This document shows positions 9,448 through 17,736 of a DNA stretch of 64,000 nt, in pieces. Every line of letters begins with the position of its first letter. Position 1 is the first letter of the stretch. Made by a program: the position numbers and the translations under genes. The notes beneath the pieces were generated by a model. The model did not search any database and was not told the DNA's origin. It worked only from the letters and a program-made list of their open reading frames with translations. The stretch is from Gemmatimonadota bacterium (lineage in GTDB: Bacteria; JAAXHH01), in NCBI GenBank assembly GCA_009838645.1, contig VXRC01000045.1, positions 1,594 through 65,593 on the forward strand, given 5' to 3'.

Positions 9448-10290
9448 TCAGAAACGGGCACTTTCCGCGTCGGGGAGGATGCCGCCTTCATCCCTGGGCA
9501 GGACCGAAAGGGGCAGGGCAATAGAGGAGCCCGCATCGACCGGGAGCGTGATCCCCGTGATCCAGCGGGATTCGTCGCCGGCCAGGAAGGCGGCCGCGTT
9601 GGCCACGTCCCAGGCCGTGCCCTCGGTACCCAGCGGCGTGGAGCGCCGCCGGAGTTCCCGGTGCGCGTCCGAGAGTTCGGCGGTGAAGGACCCGTGTAGG
9701 TGCCCAGGGGCGATGCAGTTCACGCGGATCCCGTCCTTGCCGTGCTGTACCGCCATGTTGATGGTCAGGGCGATGACCCCGCCCTTGGAAGTCTCGTAGG
9801 CGACGTTGTACGACCATCCGCTCCGGAATCCGTCGATGGACGCCACGTTGATGATGGATCCTCCCCCGGAATCCATCATTGCCGGTATGGCGAACCGGCT
9901 TGCGAGCATCATGGCCTTGAGGTTCACCGCCATGATCTCGTCCCAGTGCTCCTCTTGCACGTCCACCACCGTACCCGGATGGCTGAGACCCACGTTGTTG
10001 AAGAGGATGTGCAGCCCGCCGTACCGGTCCACCGCGGTCTCGGTCATGGCCCGGCAGTCCGCCGACCGGGTCACGTCCCCGGCGAAGACCGACGCCGTGC
10101 CCCCTTCTTCCTCGATGACGGCCAGCGTCTTTCCGGCGTTCTCCGCGCTTCGGTCCGCCAGCAGCACCTTCGCGCCTTCTCGGGCGAGGAGCACGGCGGT
10201 CGCCTGCCCGGTGCCCGCCACGTCGCTATGCGCGCCCGCGCCCGTCACGACGGCCACCTTGTCGTCCAGACGGGGTTTACGAGGGTTCAT
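9448..10290 (-). CDS. SDR-family oxidoreductase
   Basis: True start MNPRKPRLDDKVAVVTGAGAH (TGxxxGxG). Downstream YxxxK is consistent with the SDR active site. Its ATG overlaps the TGA of the upstream SDR by 1 nt (TGATG). The 233 codons upstream in ORF 9448..10989 are a Gly/Arg-rich open-frame artifact. Confidence 0.8.
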   Translation of the reverse strand: MNPRKPRLDDKVAVVTGAGAHSDVAGTGQATAVLLAREGAKVLLADRSAENAGKTLAVIEEEGGTASVFAGDVTRSADCRAMTETAVDRYGGLHILFNNVGLSHPGTVVDVQEEHWDEIMAVNLKAMMLASRFAIPAMMDSGGGSIINVASIDGFRSGWSYNVAYETSKGGVIALTINMAVQHGKDGIRVNCIAPGHLHGSFTAELSDAHRELRRRSTPLGTEGTAWDVANAAAFLAGDESRWITGITLPVDAGSSIALPLSVLPRDEGGILPDAESARF

Positions 10291-11141
10291 CAGAAGATCT
10301 CCGCGCCGCCCGCCACCACCAGGTCCACGGCCGTGAGGTAGTCCGATTCCGGTGAGGCCAGGAAGGCCACCGTTTGCGCCACGTCGTCGCTCCGGGCCAC
10401 CCGTCCCAGGGGTGAAATACCGGCCTTTTCCTGGATAAACGCCCTGTGGGCTTCGCTGTTCTTCCACGATGTGCCCTGGACGGCGCCGTCGGATACGGCC
10501 TCTTCGATGAATCCCAGGCGCTCGGTATCGACCGCGGTAGGCGATACCGAGTTGACGTTGATCCCGTGGGGACCGAGTTCCTGCGCCAGGGCCTGGGTGA
10601 ACCGGATGATGGCCGCCTTGGACGCGCAGTAGGCCGAGAACCGCTTCCTCCCGATCCTGCCCGACGTGGAGGCGAGGTTGATGATCTTGCCGCCCACACC
10701 CCGCTCGATCATGTGGCGCGCAGCGGCCCGGCACATGAGGAACACGCCCTTTGCGTTGACGTTCATCTCCTTGTCCCAGGCTTCCTCTTCCATGTCGACG
10801 ACGAGCACGCGGTCCTTGCCCGGCAGGGAGCCGGCGCCGTTCACGAGGATGTCGATGCGGCCGAACCGGTCGATCCCCCCGGAAACGAGCCGTTCCACCT
10901 GGTCGGCCTGCGAGACGTCGGCCAGGATGGCCTCCGCGCTGCGCCCCGCCGCCTCGATCTCCCCGACCACGGAGGGCAGCCCCTGCCATTCCGACGAGTC
11001 GCCGGGATAGGGATTTGCGACCCGGTCGCTGACGATGACGTCGGCGCCTTCCTTCGCGAGCCGCGTGGCGACGGCCCGGCCGATGCCACGTTCCCCACCC
11101 GCGCCGGTGACCAGGGCGGTTTTGCCGTGCAGGTTGTACAT
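10290..11141 (-). CDS. SDR-family oxidoreductase
   Basis: Start MYNLHGKTALVTGAGGERGIG (Rossmann TGAGxxxGxG); SAYCASK contains the Yxxx(A)K catalytic motif. Translationally coupled to the SDR at 9448..10290. Confidence 0.8.
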   Translation of the reverse strand: MYNLHGKTALVTGAGGERGIGRAVATRLAKEGADVIVSDRVANPYPGDSSEWQGLPSVVGEIEAAGRSAEAILADVSQADQVERLVSGGIDRFGRIDILVNGAGSLPGKDRVLVVDMEEEAWDKEMNVNAKGVFLMCRAAARHMIERGVGGKIINLASTSGRIGRKRFSAYCASKAAIIRFTQALAQELGPHGINVNSVSPTAVDTERLGFIEEAVSDGAVQGTSWKNSEAHRAFIQEKAGISPLGRVARSDDVAQTVAFLASPESDYLTAVDLVVAGGAEIF

Positions 11142-11208
11142 TATTGACCTTCTGGACGGATCACTCGAGTTCTGTTTCAGACGCTCAGCAGATCTGCGAA
11201 GAAACCAA

Positions 11209-11508
11209 TCACGCCGTAAACCGCACCTGGAGACCCAGGGCACGCACGATACGAACTACCGTGGAGAATGCGGGATTGCCGTCCTCCGACAGTGCTTTGT
11301 ACAACCCTTCCCGGCTCATTCCAATCTCACGGGCCAGCCAGCTCATGTTCCCCGAACGGGCGATATCGTTCAGGGCGGCACGTATCAGGCTGCCATCTCC
11401 TGGATCTTCTTTCGCGCATGCTTCCAGGTAAAGACGAGCGTCTTCCAAGGTGCGCAGGTGCTCCGTCACTTTCCACTTTGAAAATGAAATACTCATTTCC
11501 ACCTCCAA
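11209..11508 (-). CDS. HigA-like 'addiction module antidote' HTH protein (orphan)
   Basis: 99-aa ORF. WKVTEHLRTLEDARLYLEA...IRAALNDIARSGNMSWLAREIGMSREGLYKALSEDGNPAFSTVVRIVRALGL matches the COG3636-type antitoxin family as I remember it. Local GC is lower than the flanks. No RelE/ParE-like partner fits in the 40 bp upstream. Confidence 0.55.
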   Translation of the reverse strand: MEVEMSISFSKWKVTEHLRTLEDARLYLEACAKEDPGDGSLIRAALNDIARSGNMSWLAREIGMSREGLYKALSEDGNPAFSTVVRIVRALGLQVRFTA

Positions 11509-11548
11509 CCTCTCGCCAGCCTGACGGCGTAATCTTGCCCAGTGATCC

Positions 11549-12436
11549 TCACTCGCCCTCTCTCCGCGGCCTCACCACGGTTTCGCCGTCGTCTTCCACG
11601 ATGGGGTGGTGGTAGATGTAGGGCGGTTCCAGCACGGCGCGCTGGGCCTCGGTGAGCTCCGAGGTCCATTCGGGCAGGTTTGTTTCGTAGATGCCGCCGG
11701 CGTAGTGCAGGTACTTGGGCGTGTACCGGTACAGGGCGACCCGCCGGTCGTGCTTGCCGTGCCAGGGCAGGGTGCCGTGGGCGGTGGCCTCGTTGAAAAT
11801 CACCAGGTCGCCGGCCTTCTGTACGATGTGATGGACCAGGTTCTGGTTGGCCTCCCAGGTCAGGATGTCGTCGGGACAGGGGAAGTTTGCCTTGTGGCTG
11901 CCCGGGATGACGCAGAGCCCGCCCGCGCCGAGATCCACGTCCGCCAGGGCGAACTGGCAAACGATAAGCCCCGAGCGCATGCGGCCGTTATGATAGTGGT
12001 AGTAGCGGGATCCGTTGAAAGTCGCGTTACCGGAGCCATGGATCTTTAGCCCCTCGCAACCCGCTTCGGCGACCAGCACGTCGACGCCGTGGTCAAGCTT
12101 CCAGCCGCGGCCGAAGAGGGTGTTGAGATAGGGTATGATCTTCGGATGGGCCAGGAGGTCGCGGAAGGGCTGGCACCAGGGCTGCGGCCAGGTGAGCATG
12201 CCCTCGTAGTGGCGGAAGGGGGCGTACTTGCCTTCGAAGGGCCTGCCCCGCCAGTCGCCGCTGAGTTCGTTGGGTCCGTCGTAGGAACCGAGCCGGTCGG
12301 GATTGGCGTCGAGGGCCGCGTTCAGTGCCTGTACTTCGTCCCCGTCCAGGAAACCGCGCACGTGAAGAAAGCCCTGCAGGTCGTACAGGTACTGTTCCTC
12401 TTCGCTCATGGTGGAAAAGGCCGGCGATTCGGGCAT
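11549..12436 (-). CDS. Phytanoyl-CoA dioxygenase (PhyH) family 2OG/Fe(II) oxygenase, paralog 1
   Basis: Start MPESPAFSTMSEEEQYLYDLQGF with GGGAGGA 6 nt upstream. Contains the VIPGSHK motif and distal His (EATAHGT) typical of PhyH. Confidence 0.7.
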   Translation of the reverse strand: MPESPAFSTMSEEEQYLYDLQGFLHVRGFLDGDEVQALNAALDANPDRLGSYDGPNELSGDWRGRPFEGKYAPFRHYEGMLTWPQPWCQPFRDLLAHPKIIPYLNTLFGRGWKLDHGVDVLVAEAGCEGLKIHGSGNATFNGSRYYHYHNGRMRSGLIVCQFALADVDLGAGGLCVIPGSHKANFPCPDDILTWEANQNLVHHIVQKAGDLVIFNEATAHGTLPWHGKHDRRVALYRYTPKYLHYAGGIYETNLPEWTSELTEAQRAVLEPPYIYHHPIVEDDGETVVRPRREGE

Positions 12437-12594
12437 GGGGCATCCTCCCAGAAGCCTGTTCGTTCCCATCCGATTGGCGGGCGCTGAAATCGTGTGTGTC
12501 GACGTACAAAATGAAAGCCTTCCCGGTCCGGTACGCAACAACAAAAGGAGCTTCGAGGAAGGCGCGCCGAAGGACACAAAATGCCTTGACAGCC

Positions 12595-13686
12595 ATGCCC
12601 GTCCCGGTTAACGTCCCCAAGTCCATTTCCGTGGTGAATGCCGTGGTGGTGAACGCCGTTGCGCAACCCGGAACGGACGCCGGATTTCCCCTGGAAAACC
12701 ACGCCCCAAAACCGCGGAATGCCGTGTCCGAAGAACCCGAAGTACCCGAACAGATCGAAGCGCAACAACTCGACCGTCCGACGGTACCCGAACTGGACGA
12801 GATCCTGGGCGTTCCCTTCAAGGTGCTCGACGACGGGTTCGTCCGCGTCGTGGACTACATGGGCAGCGATCATTCCATCGTACAGGCCGCCCGCGTGTCC
12901 TACGGCGTCGGTACCCGGCAGGTGCACCAGGACCGGGGGCTGATCCGCTATCTCATGCGGCATCAGCACACCACCCCCTTCGAGATGTGCGACATCAAGT
13001 TCCACCTCCGGGTGCCCATGGATTGCTGGCGGCAGTGGATCCGGCACCGGACGGCTTCGGTCAACGAGTACAGCACGCGCTACTCGCTGGCGATCGACGC
13101 GACACAGACGACGTCACCCGATGCGTGGCGGTTCCAGGCGGAGGGCAACCGCCAGGGCAGCGGCGGCTTTGTGGACACCGAGCGGGGCGCCTATTTCTCC
13201 GAGAAGGAACGGGAGCTCCAGGAGGCCGCCCGGACCCGTTACGAAGAACGTATCGAGGCCGGAATCGCCCGGGAACAGGCCCGCAAGGACCTGCCCCTGT
13301 CCACTTACACGGAAGCCTACTGGAAGGTGAATCTCCTGAACCTGCTGAGGTTCCTCTTGCTGCGCATGGATGATCACGCGCAATGGGAGATCCGCCAGTA
13401 CGCCCATCTGATCGGACACCGCATCGTGTCGGCCTGGTGTCCCATCGCATGGCAGGCCTTTCTGGATTACAGCGTGAACGCGATGCACCTGACCCGCCTC
13501 GACTGGGAAATCATCCGGGCGATCCAGGCGGGCGATAATGGAAGGGTCAACGAACTGCTGGTGGAATACCGGTTCGTTTCAAAGTCCGGCAAGCTGCGCC
13601 GCAGCCGGGAGCGGGACGAGCTCGAATCCAAGCTTCAGCAGCTGAACATGCCGGTTCCGTGGCGGTCCGGAGACGATCCCGCCTAG
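12595..13686 (+). CDS. thyX: FAD-dependent thymidylate synthase ThyX (with an N-terminal extension of about 55 aa; start uncertain)
   Basis: The ThyX motif RHR-x7-S is present as WIRHRTASVNEYSTRYS. Other ThyX-like blocks: VRVVDYMGSDHSIVQAARVSYG, LIRYLMRHQHTTPFEM, EIRQYA. The longer track ORF from 12325 overlaps the divergent PhyH gene, so a later start is needed. 12595 is the first ATG after that overlap and has a weak RBS. Confidence 0.75.
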   Translation: MPVPVNVPKSISVVNAVVVNAVAQPGTDAGFPLENHAPKPRNAVSEEPEVPEQIEAQQLDRPTVPELDEILGVPFKVLDDGFVRVVDYMGSDHSIVQAARVSYGVGTRQVHQDRGLIRYLMRHQHTTPFEMCDIKFHLRVPMDCWRQWIRHRTASVNEYSTRYSLAIDATQTTSPDAWRFQAEGNRQGSGGFVDTERGAYFSEKERELQEAARTRYEERIEAGIAREQARKDLPLSTYTEAYWKVNLLNLLRFLLLRMDDHAQWEIRQYAHLIGHRIVSAWCPIAWQAFLDYSVNAMHLTRLDWEIIRAIQAGDNGRVNELLVEYRFVSKSGKLRRSRERDELESKLQQLNMPVPWRSGDDPA

Positions 13687-13708
13687 CACGACCGGAAAGC
13701 GGTGACCG

Positions 13709-14686
13709 ATGAACCGAGGCAGACCGGAACCCGTATCCCGCAGATACGATATCGCCGACGCCGGCACGCGGCACGGTATCCTCGAAGCCCTGGAAAACCT
13801 CGGCCCGACGGAGCGCAGGACCGAAGACTGGTGCGACTGGGTACTGGCGTTCGAGGACGAAGGCGAAAGACTGGTCCTCAAGCAGTACGGGAAAGGCACC
13901 CTGATGATCCAGGGCAGGGCGGGTCATCTGCTCCAGGTGATCCTGCACGTGCTTTCACCCTTCCTGGATGAGCCCGCTGAATCGGCCGCCGATGGATCCG
14001 GCGGCGGTAATGGATCCGGCGGCGCCGGGACACGTAAGCTTCCCCTTCCCCACATCGGGACGGACGAGTCCGGCAAGGGGGATTATTTCGGTCCGCTGGT
14101 GGTCGGCGGCGTCCTGGTCGAAACCGGGACCCGGGAGCGGTTGGTGACCCTGGGCATCCGGGATTCCAAGAAGCTGGGCGACGCCACGTGCCGCAAGCTG
14201 GCGGCCGAGATCAGGCGGATCTGCGTGGGAAAATACCGCGAGGTGATCATACCGCCGGAAAGATACAACACGCTGTATGAGGAATTCCGGCGGGAAGGCC
14301 GAAATCTCAATCATCTCCTGGCCTGGGGACACGCCCGCACCATCGAGAGCCTGCTGGAAGGTACCCCGTGCCGACTGGCCGTGACGGATCAGTTCGGCAA
14401 CGAAAGCTACATTCGGTCCCGGCTCATGAAAAAGGGCCGGGAGATCGAACTCATCCAGGAACACCGGGGAGAGCGGTACCTGGCCGTCGCCGCGGCGTCC
14501 ATTCTCGCCCGGGACCGGTTCCTGGAATACCTGGAAAGGCTGTCGGGCGAAGCCGGCCTCATCCTGCCCAAGGGCGCGAGCGCGCCGGTCGTCGCCGCCG
14601 GCAGGAAATACGTCGCACGGCATGGCGTGGAAAAACTGCCTTCCGTAGCCAAGATGCACTACAAGACCACGGCCCAGGTGGTGTAA
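13709..14686 (+). CDS. rnhC: Ribonuclease HIII
   Basis: HIGTDESGKGDYFGPLVVGGV matches the RNase HIII DESGKGDYFGPL catalytic block as I remember it. The N-terminal domain of about 90 aa before it is consistent with the RNase HIII TBP-like domain. Confidence 0.7.
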   Translation: MNRGRPEPVSRRYDIADAGTRHGILEALENLGPTERRTEDWCDWVLAFEDEGERLVLKQYGKGTLMIQGRAGHLLQVILHVLSPFLDEPAESAADGSGGGNGSGGAGTRKLPLPHIGTDESGKGDYFGPLVVGGVLVETGTRERLVTLGIRDSKKLGDATCRKLAAEIRRICVGKYREVIIPPERYNTLYEEFRREGRNLNHLLAWGHARTIESLLEGTPCRLAVTDQFGNESYIRSRLMKKGREIELIQEHRGERYLAVAAASILARDRFLEYLERLSGEAGLILPKGASAPVVAAGRKYVARHGVEKLPSVAKMHYKTTAQVV

Positions 14687-14715
14687 ACCCAGGTAGTGTA
14701 AACCCAGGTAGTGTA
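14671..14715. repeat. 3 x 15-bp tandem repeat (cccaggt[a/g]gtgtaaa) spanning the rnhC stop
   Basis: Units at 14671-14685, 14686-14700 and 14701-14715. Each unit encodes TQVV plus a TAA stop in the rnhC frame. Confidence 0.85.
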
Positions 14716-14737
14716 AACCCATAGAAACGCGGACCGC

Positions 14738-16237
14738 ATGCGACAGACCACGCTATACGCCCACACGAAATTCCAGATCGCGCCGGTCGATCCGAGGATC
14801 TTCGGAGGATTCCTGGAGCATATCGGCAGGGCCGTCTACGAAGGCGTGTACGACCCGGACTGCACGCACGCGGACGAAGATGGGTTCCGCACGGACGTGA
14901 TGGATGCAATGAAACGTCAGGCTATGACCGTCATGCGGTATCCCGGCGGCAACTTCGCGTCCGGTTATCACTGGATGGACGGCGTGGGTCCGCAGAAGCT
15001 GCGTCCCACCGTGCGCGAACTTGCCTGGCAGAGCGTCGAGCCGAACGCTTTCGGTACCGACGAGTTCATCCGTCTGTGCCACAAGATGGACTGGCAGCCC
15101 ATGCTCACGGTCAACCTCGGCACGGGCTCGCCCGAGGAAGCCCGGAACTGGGTCGAGTACTGCAACTGTCCCGCGGGCACGAACTTCGCCGACATTCGTG
15201 TGGGCAACGGGGAGGAGATGCCCTACGACGTCGGCCTGTGGTGCCTGGGCAACGAGATGGACGGCCACTGGCAGCTCGGCCATGTGCCGGCGGACCAGTA
15301 CGCGATCCGGGCCCAGCAGGCCGCGAAGATGATGAAGGACGCGGACCGGCGGATCGAATTGGTCGCCTGCGGCTCCTGCTCCGTGGACATGTTCGACACC
15401 TACATGGAATGGGACCGGCAGGTCCTCGATTACCTGGGTGATTACGCCGACTATATCAGCCTGCATCGTTACGTGGGCAACCCGAAGGACGATACGCCGG
15501 ACTACCTGGCGGTCACGAACTCCATCGACCGGCAGATCGAGGAGATGGACGCGGTATGTCGTTTCGTCCAGGCCAGGCGCCGGAGCGACAAGCGCACGTA
15601 CCTGTGCTTCGACGAATGGAATGTCTGGTACAAGAACCGCGAAACGGACGGTGAAGGGAAGTTCGCGCCGCACCTCGTGGAGGAGGTCTACAACCTCGAA
15701 GACGCCCTCGTCGTTTCCGGTTTCCTGAACAGCTTCGTGCGCCACGCCGACTCGGTCCGCATCGCGAACATCGCCCAGATCGTCAACGTTATCGCGCCGC
15801 TGATCACCCGGGGAGACGACCTGCTCGTGCAGTCCATCTACCACCCCTTTACCATGTACGCGCCGCGACAGGAAGGCACGTCACTCCGGACCTTCGTGGA
15901 CGGCGCGGGATACATGAGCGAAAGCTACGGGCGGGTGAACTACATCGACGCCGCCATGATCCAGAACGACCGTAAACTGCATGTCTTCGTCACGAACCGC
16001 AGCACGGACACCGACGTGCCCCTGCGTATCGTGCTCGAAGACCGGCGGATCGAATCGCTGGTCAGCGCCGAGATACTCACCGGAGGCCAGGACCCGAAGG
16101 CGGCCAATTCGTTCGAGCAACCCGACCTGGTCGGGAAGCGGCCCTACCAGGAGATCAAGGTCGCCGGGGGCAGGTGCCAGTGTTTTCTTCCCCCGCTGTC
16201 CTTCGCGGCGATGACCTTCGAACTCGAGAAGTGGTAG
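14738..16237 (+). CDS. GH51 alpha-L-arabinofuranosidase
   Basis: N-terminal IFGGFLEHIGRAVYEGVY and the catalytic-region GNEMDG...W motif are typical of GH51 AbfA-type enzymes. 499 aa. Confidence 0.75.
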   Translation: MRQTTLYAHTKFQIAPVDPRIFGGFLEHIGRAVYEGVYDPDCTHADEDGFRTDVMDAMKRQAMTVMRYPGGNFASGYHWMDGVGPQKLRPTVRELAWQSVEPNAFGTDEFIRLCHKMDWQPMLTVNLGTGSPEEARNWVEYCNCPAGTNFADIRVGNGEEMPYDVGLWCLGNEMDGHWQLGHVPADQYAIRAQQAAKMMKDADRRIELVACGSCSVDMFDTYMEWDRQVLDYLGDYADYISLHRYVGNPKDDTPDYLAVTNSIDRQIEEMDAVCRFVQARRRSDKRTYLCFDEWNVWYKNRETDGEGKFAPHLVEEVYNLEDALVVSGFLNSFVRHADSVRIANIAQIVNVIAPLITRGDDLLVQSIYHPFTMYAPRQEGTSLRTFVDGAGYMSESYGRVNYIDAAMIQNDRKLHVFVTNRSTDTDVPLRIVLEDRRIESLVSAEILTGGQDPKAANSFEQPDLVGKRPYQEIKVAGGRCQCFLPPLSFAAMTFELEKW

Positions 16238-16259
16238 GCCGCGACGTCCCATCCATCCC

Positions 16260-17660
16260 ATGACCGCATCTGCCAAACCCCGGAAACTGACCCGCCGCGA
16301 AGCCCTGAAAATCAGCGGCGGCGCCCTGCTCGGCGGCGGCGCCCTGCTCGGCGCGGCCGTGTCCAGCTGCGGCGGCGGCGGTGACGACGGGACGGGCCGA
16401 ACCGGCCAGGCCGGCCAGGCTGACCGGACGACCGTGCGTTTCATGACGGCCCAGACGCTGGAGAAGCACCGGTCTCTGGAACCGCTCATCGCGGAATTCA
16501 TGGAGATCCATCCCGGGATCCGGATCGAACACATCAAGGTGCCCTGGGACCAGGCCCATTCGAAGTATCTCACCGCAATCCTGGGGGGCGCGCCGCCCGA
16601 CGTCATGACCATTCCCAGCTGGTGGGTGACCGAGTTCCGGGCCATGGGCGCCCTCGAGGACCTCGGACCCTGGGTGCGGGACTGGCCCCATCTCCAGGGC
16701 TACTCGGAACAGGTGAAGAGGCTGACCAGGGCGACCATGGCCTTCGACGGGGACCAGGTATTCGGCCTGCCCACGGAGGTGGCCGTCCGCTCCATGTTTT
16801 ACCGCACCGAGTGGCTCGACGAACACGGCCTGGCGCCGGCGGAGACACGCGAGGAGTGGCGTGTGCTGCTTGAAAAGATAACGGATCCCTCCCGCCAGCG
16901 TTACGGTTACGCGCTTCGGGGGGCCCGGGGCGGTTTCTGGTCGTGGTGGGCCATCGCCCAGGAATTCGCCGGGTCGAACGCCTGGTTCGACGAAGACCAC
17001 CGGTGCATCATCAACAGTCCGGACCACGTGGCGGGCTTGTCCTACTGGAACGACCTCTACCAGGACGGCCTCGCGCCACCCGACTCGCTGAACTGGGGCT
17101 TCAACGAACTGGTCCAGGGATTCTGGTCGGGGCTTTGCGGCACGATGGAGCAGGACCCCGAGGTCGTCCGGACCTGCCTGGAGCACGGCCTGGACGAAGA
17201 CAGCCTCGCCATCACGGTCATGCCCGCCGGTCCCAGGGCCCGCGTGGCTCTTTCCGACGGGGGATATACGTCCATGTCGTCGGCTTCCCCGCACAAGGAC
17301 GAAGCCTGGACGTTTCTCGGCTGGCTGATGGCGCCCGATCAGCGGCTCAGGTACTGCAGGGACGTCAACATGATCCCGCCCTTCGCCGACGCGATGGAGG
17401 ACCCTGCATTCGGTCAGGGTCTCTACCGGTCTTTCGTGGAAATGGTCACGGATCCGTCCATCCTGCAGAACTGGTATCCCAACTACCTGCCGGAGATGGG
17501 GGAGTTTCTGGAGGTGCGGGTGACCGAGGAGCACCAGAAGATGCTGCTGCGGCGACAGTCTCCCCGGGAGACGCTCGACCGGCTGTCCGACTTCCTGACC
17601 CGGGCGCAGAGGAAGTACGTGGACCGGTACGGCCCGGATTCGCCGAGGCCGCCGGAGTAG
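16260..17660 (+). CDS. Sugar ABC transporter substrate-binding lipoprotein (family 1 SBP), paralog A
   Basis: Tat/lipobox-like N-terminus TRREALKISGGALLGG...SSCGGGG. Overall SBP_bac_1-like pattern (PWDQ..., W..F...G...L). Confidence 0.7.
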   Translation: MTASAKPRKLTRREALKISGGALLGGGALLGAAVSSCGGGGDDGTGRTGQAGQADRTTVRFMTAQTLEKHRSLEPLIAEFMEIHPGIRIEHIKVPWDQAHSKYLTAILGGAPPDVMTIPSWWVTEFRAMGALEDLGPWVRDWPHLQGYSEQVKRLTRATMAFDGDQVFGLPTEVAVRSMFYRTEWLDEHGLAPAETREEWRVLLEKITDPSRQRYGYALRGARGGFWSWWAIAQEFAGSNAWFDEDHRCIINSPDHVAGLSYWNDLYQDGLAPPDSLNWGFNELVQGFWSGLCGTMEQDPEVVRTCLEHGLDEDSLAITVMPAGPRARVALSDGGYTSMSSASPHKDEAWTFLGWLMAPDQRLRYCRDVNMIPPFADAMEDPAFGQGLYRSFVEMVTDPSILQNWYPNYLPEMGEFLEVRVTEEHQKMLLRRQSPRETLDRLSDFLTRAQRKYVDRYGPDSPRPPE

Positions 17661-17736
17661 CGCGACAACAGACCTTTCCGTGCGAAAGCGCGTTGGACCG
17701 TGCAAGCGACCGATTCGCTGTTGTGAGACCCACACG

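Noticed and set aside
8733-9536. 267-aa minus-strand ORF overlapping the lipoprotein gene
   Set aside because: No RBS, no signal or motifs. The plus-strand gene has AGGAGG and a lipobox. Kept as caveat in findings.
9448-10989. 513-aa ORF as a single gene
   Set aside because: The first 233 codons are Gly/Arg-rich antisense of the upstream SDR. The real SDR starts at MNPRKPRL (10290).
14671-14715. Possible CRISPR array
   Set aside because: Only three 15-bp units with no spacers. Direct tandem repeat, not repeat-spacer architecture. No cas genes.
14753-15844. 363-aa minus ORF
   Set aside because: Antisense of the GH51 gene.
16155-17735. 526-aa minus ORF
   Set aside because: Antisense of the SBP paralog A gene.
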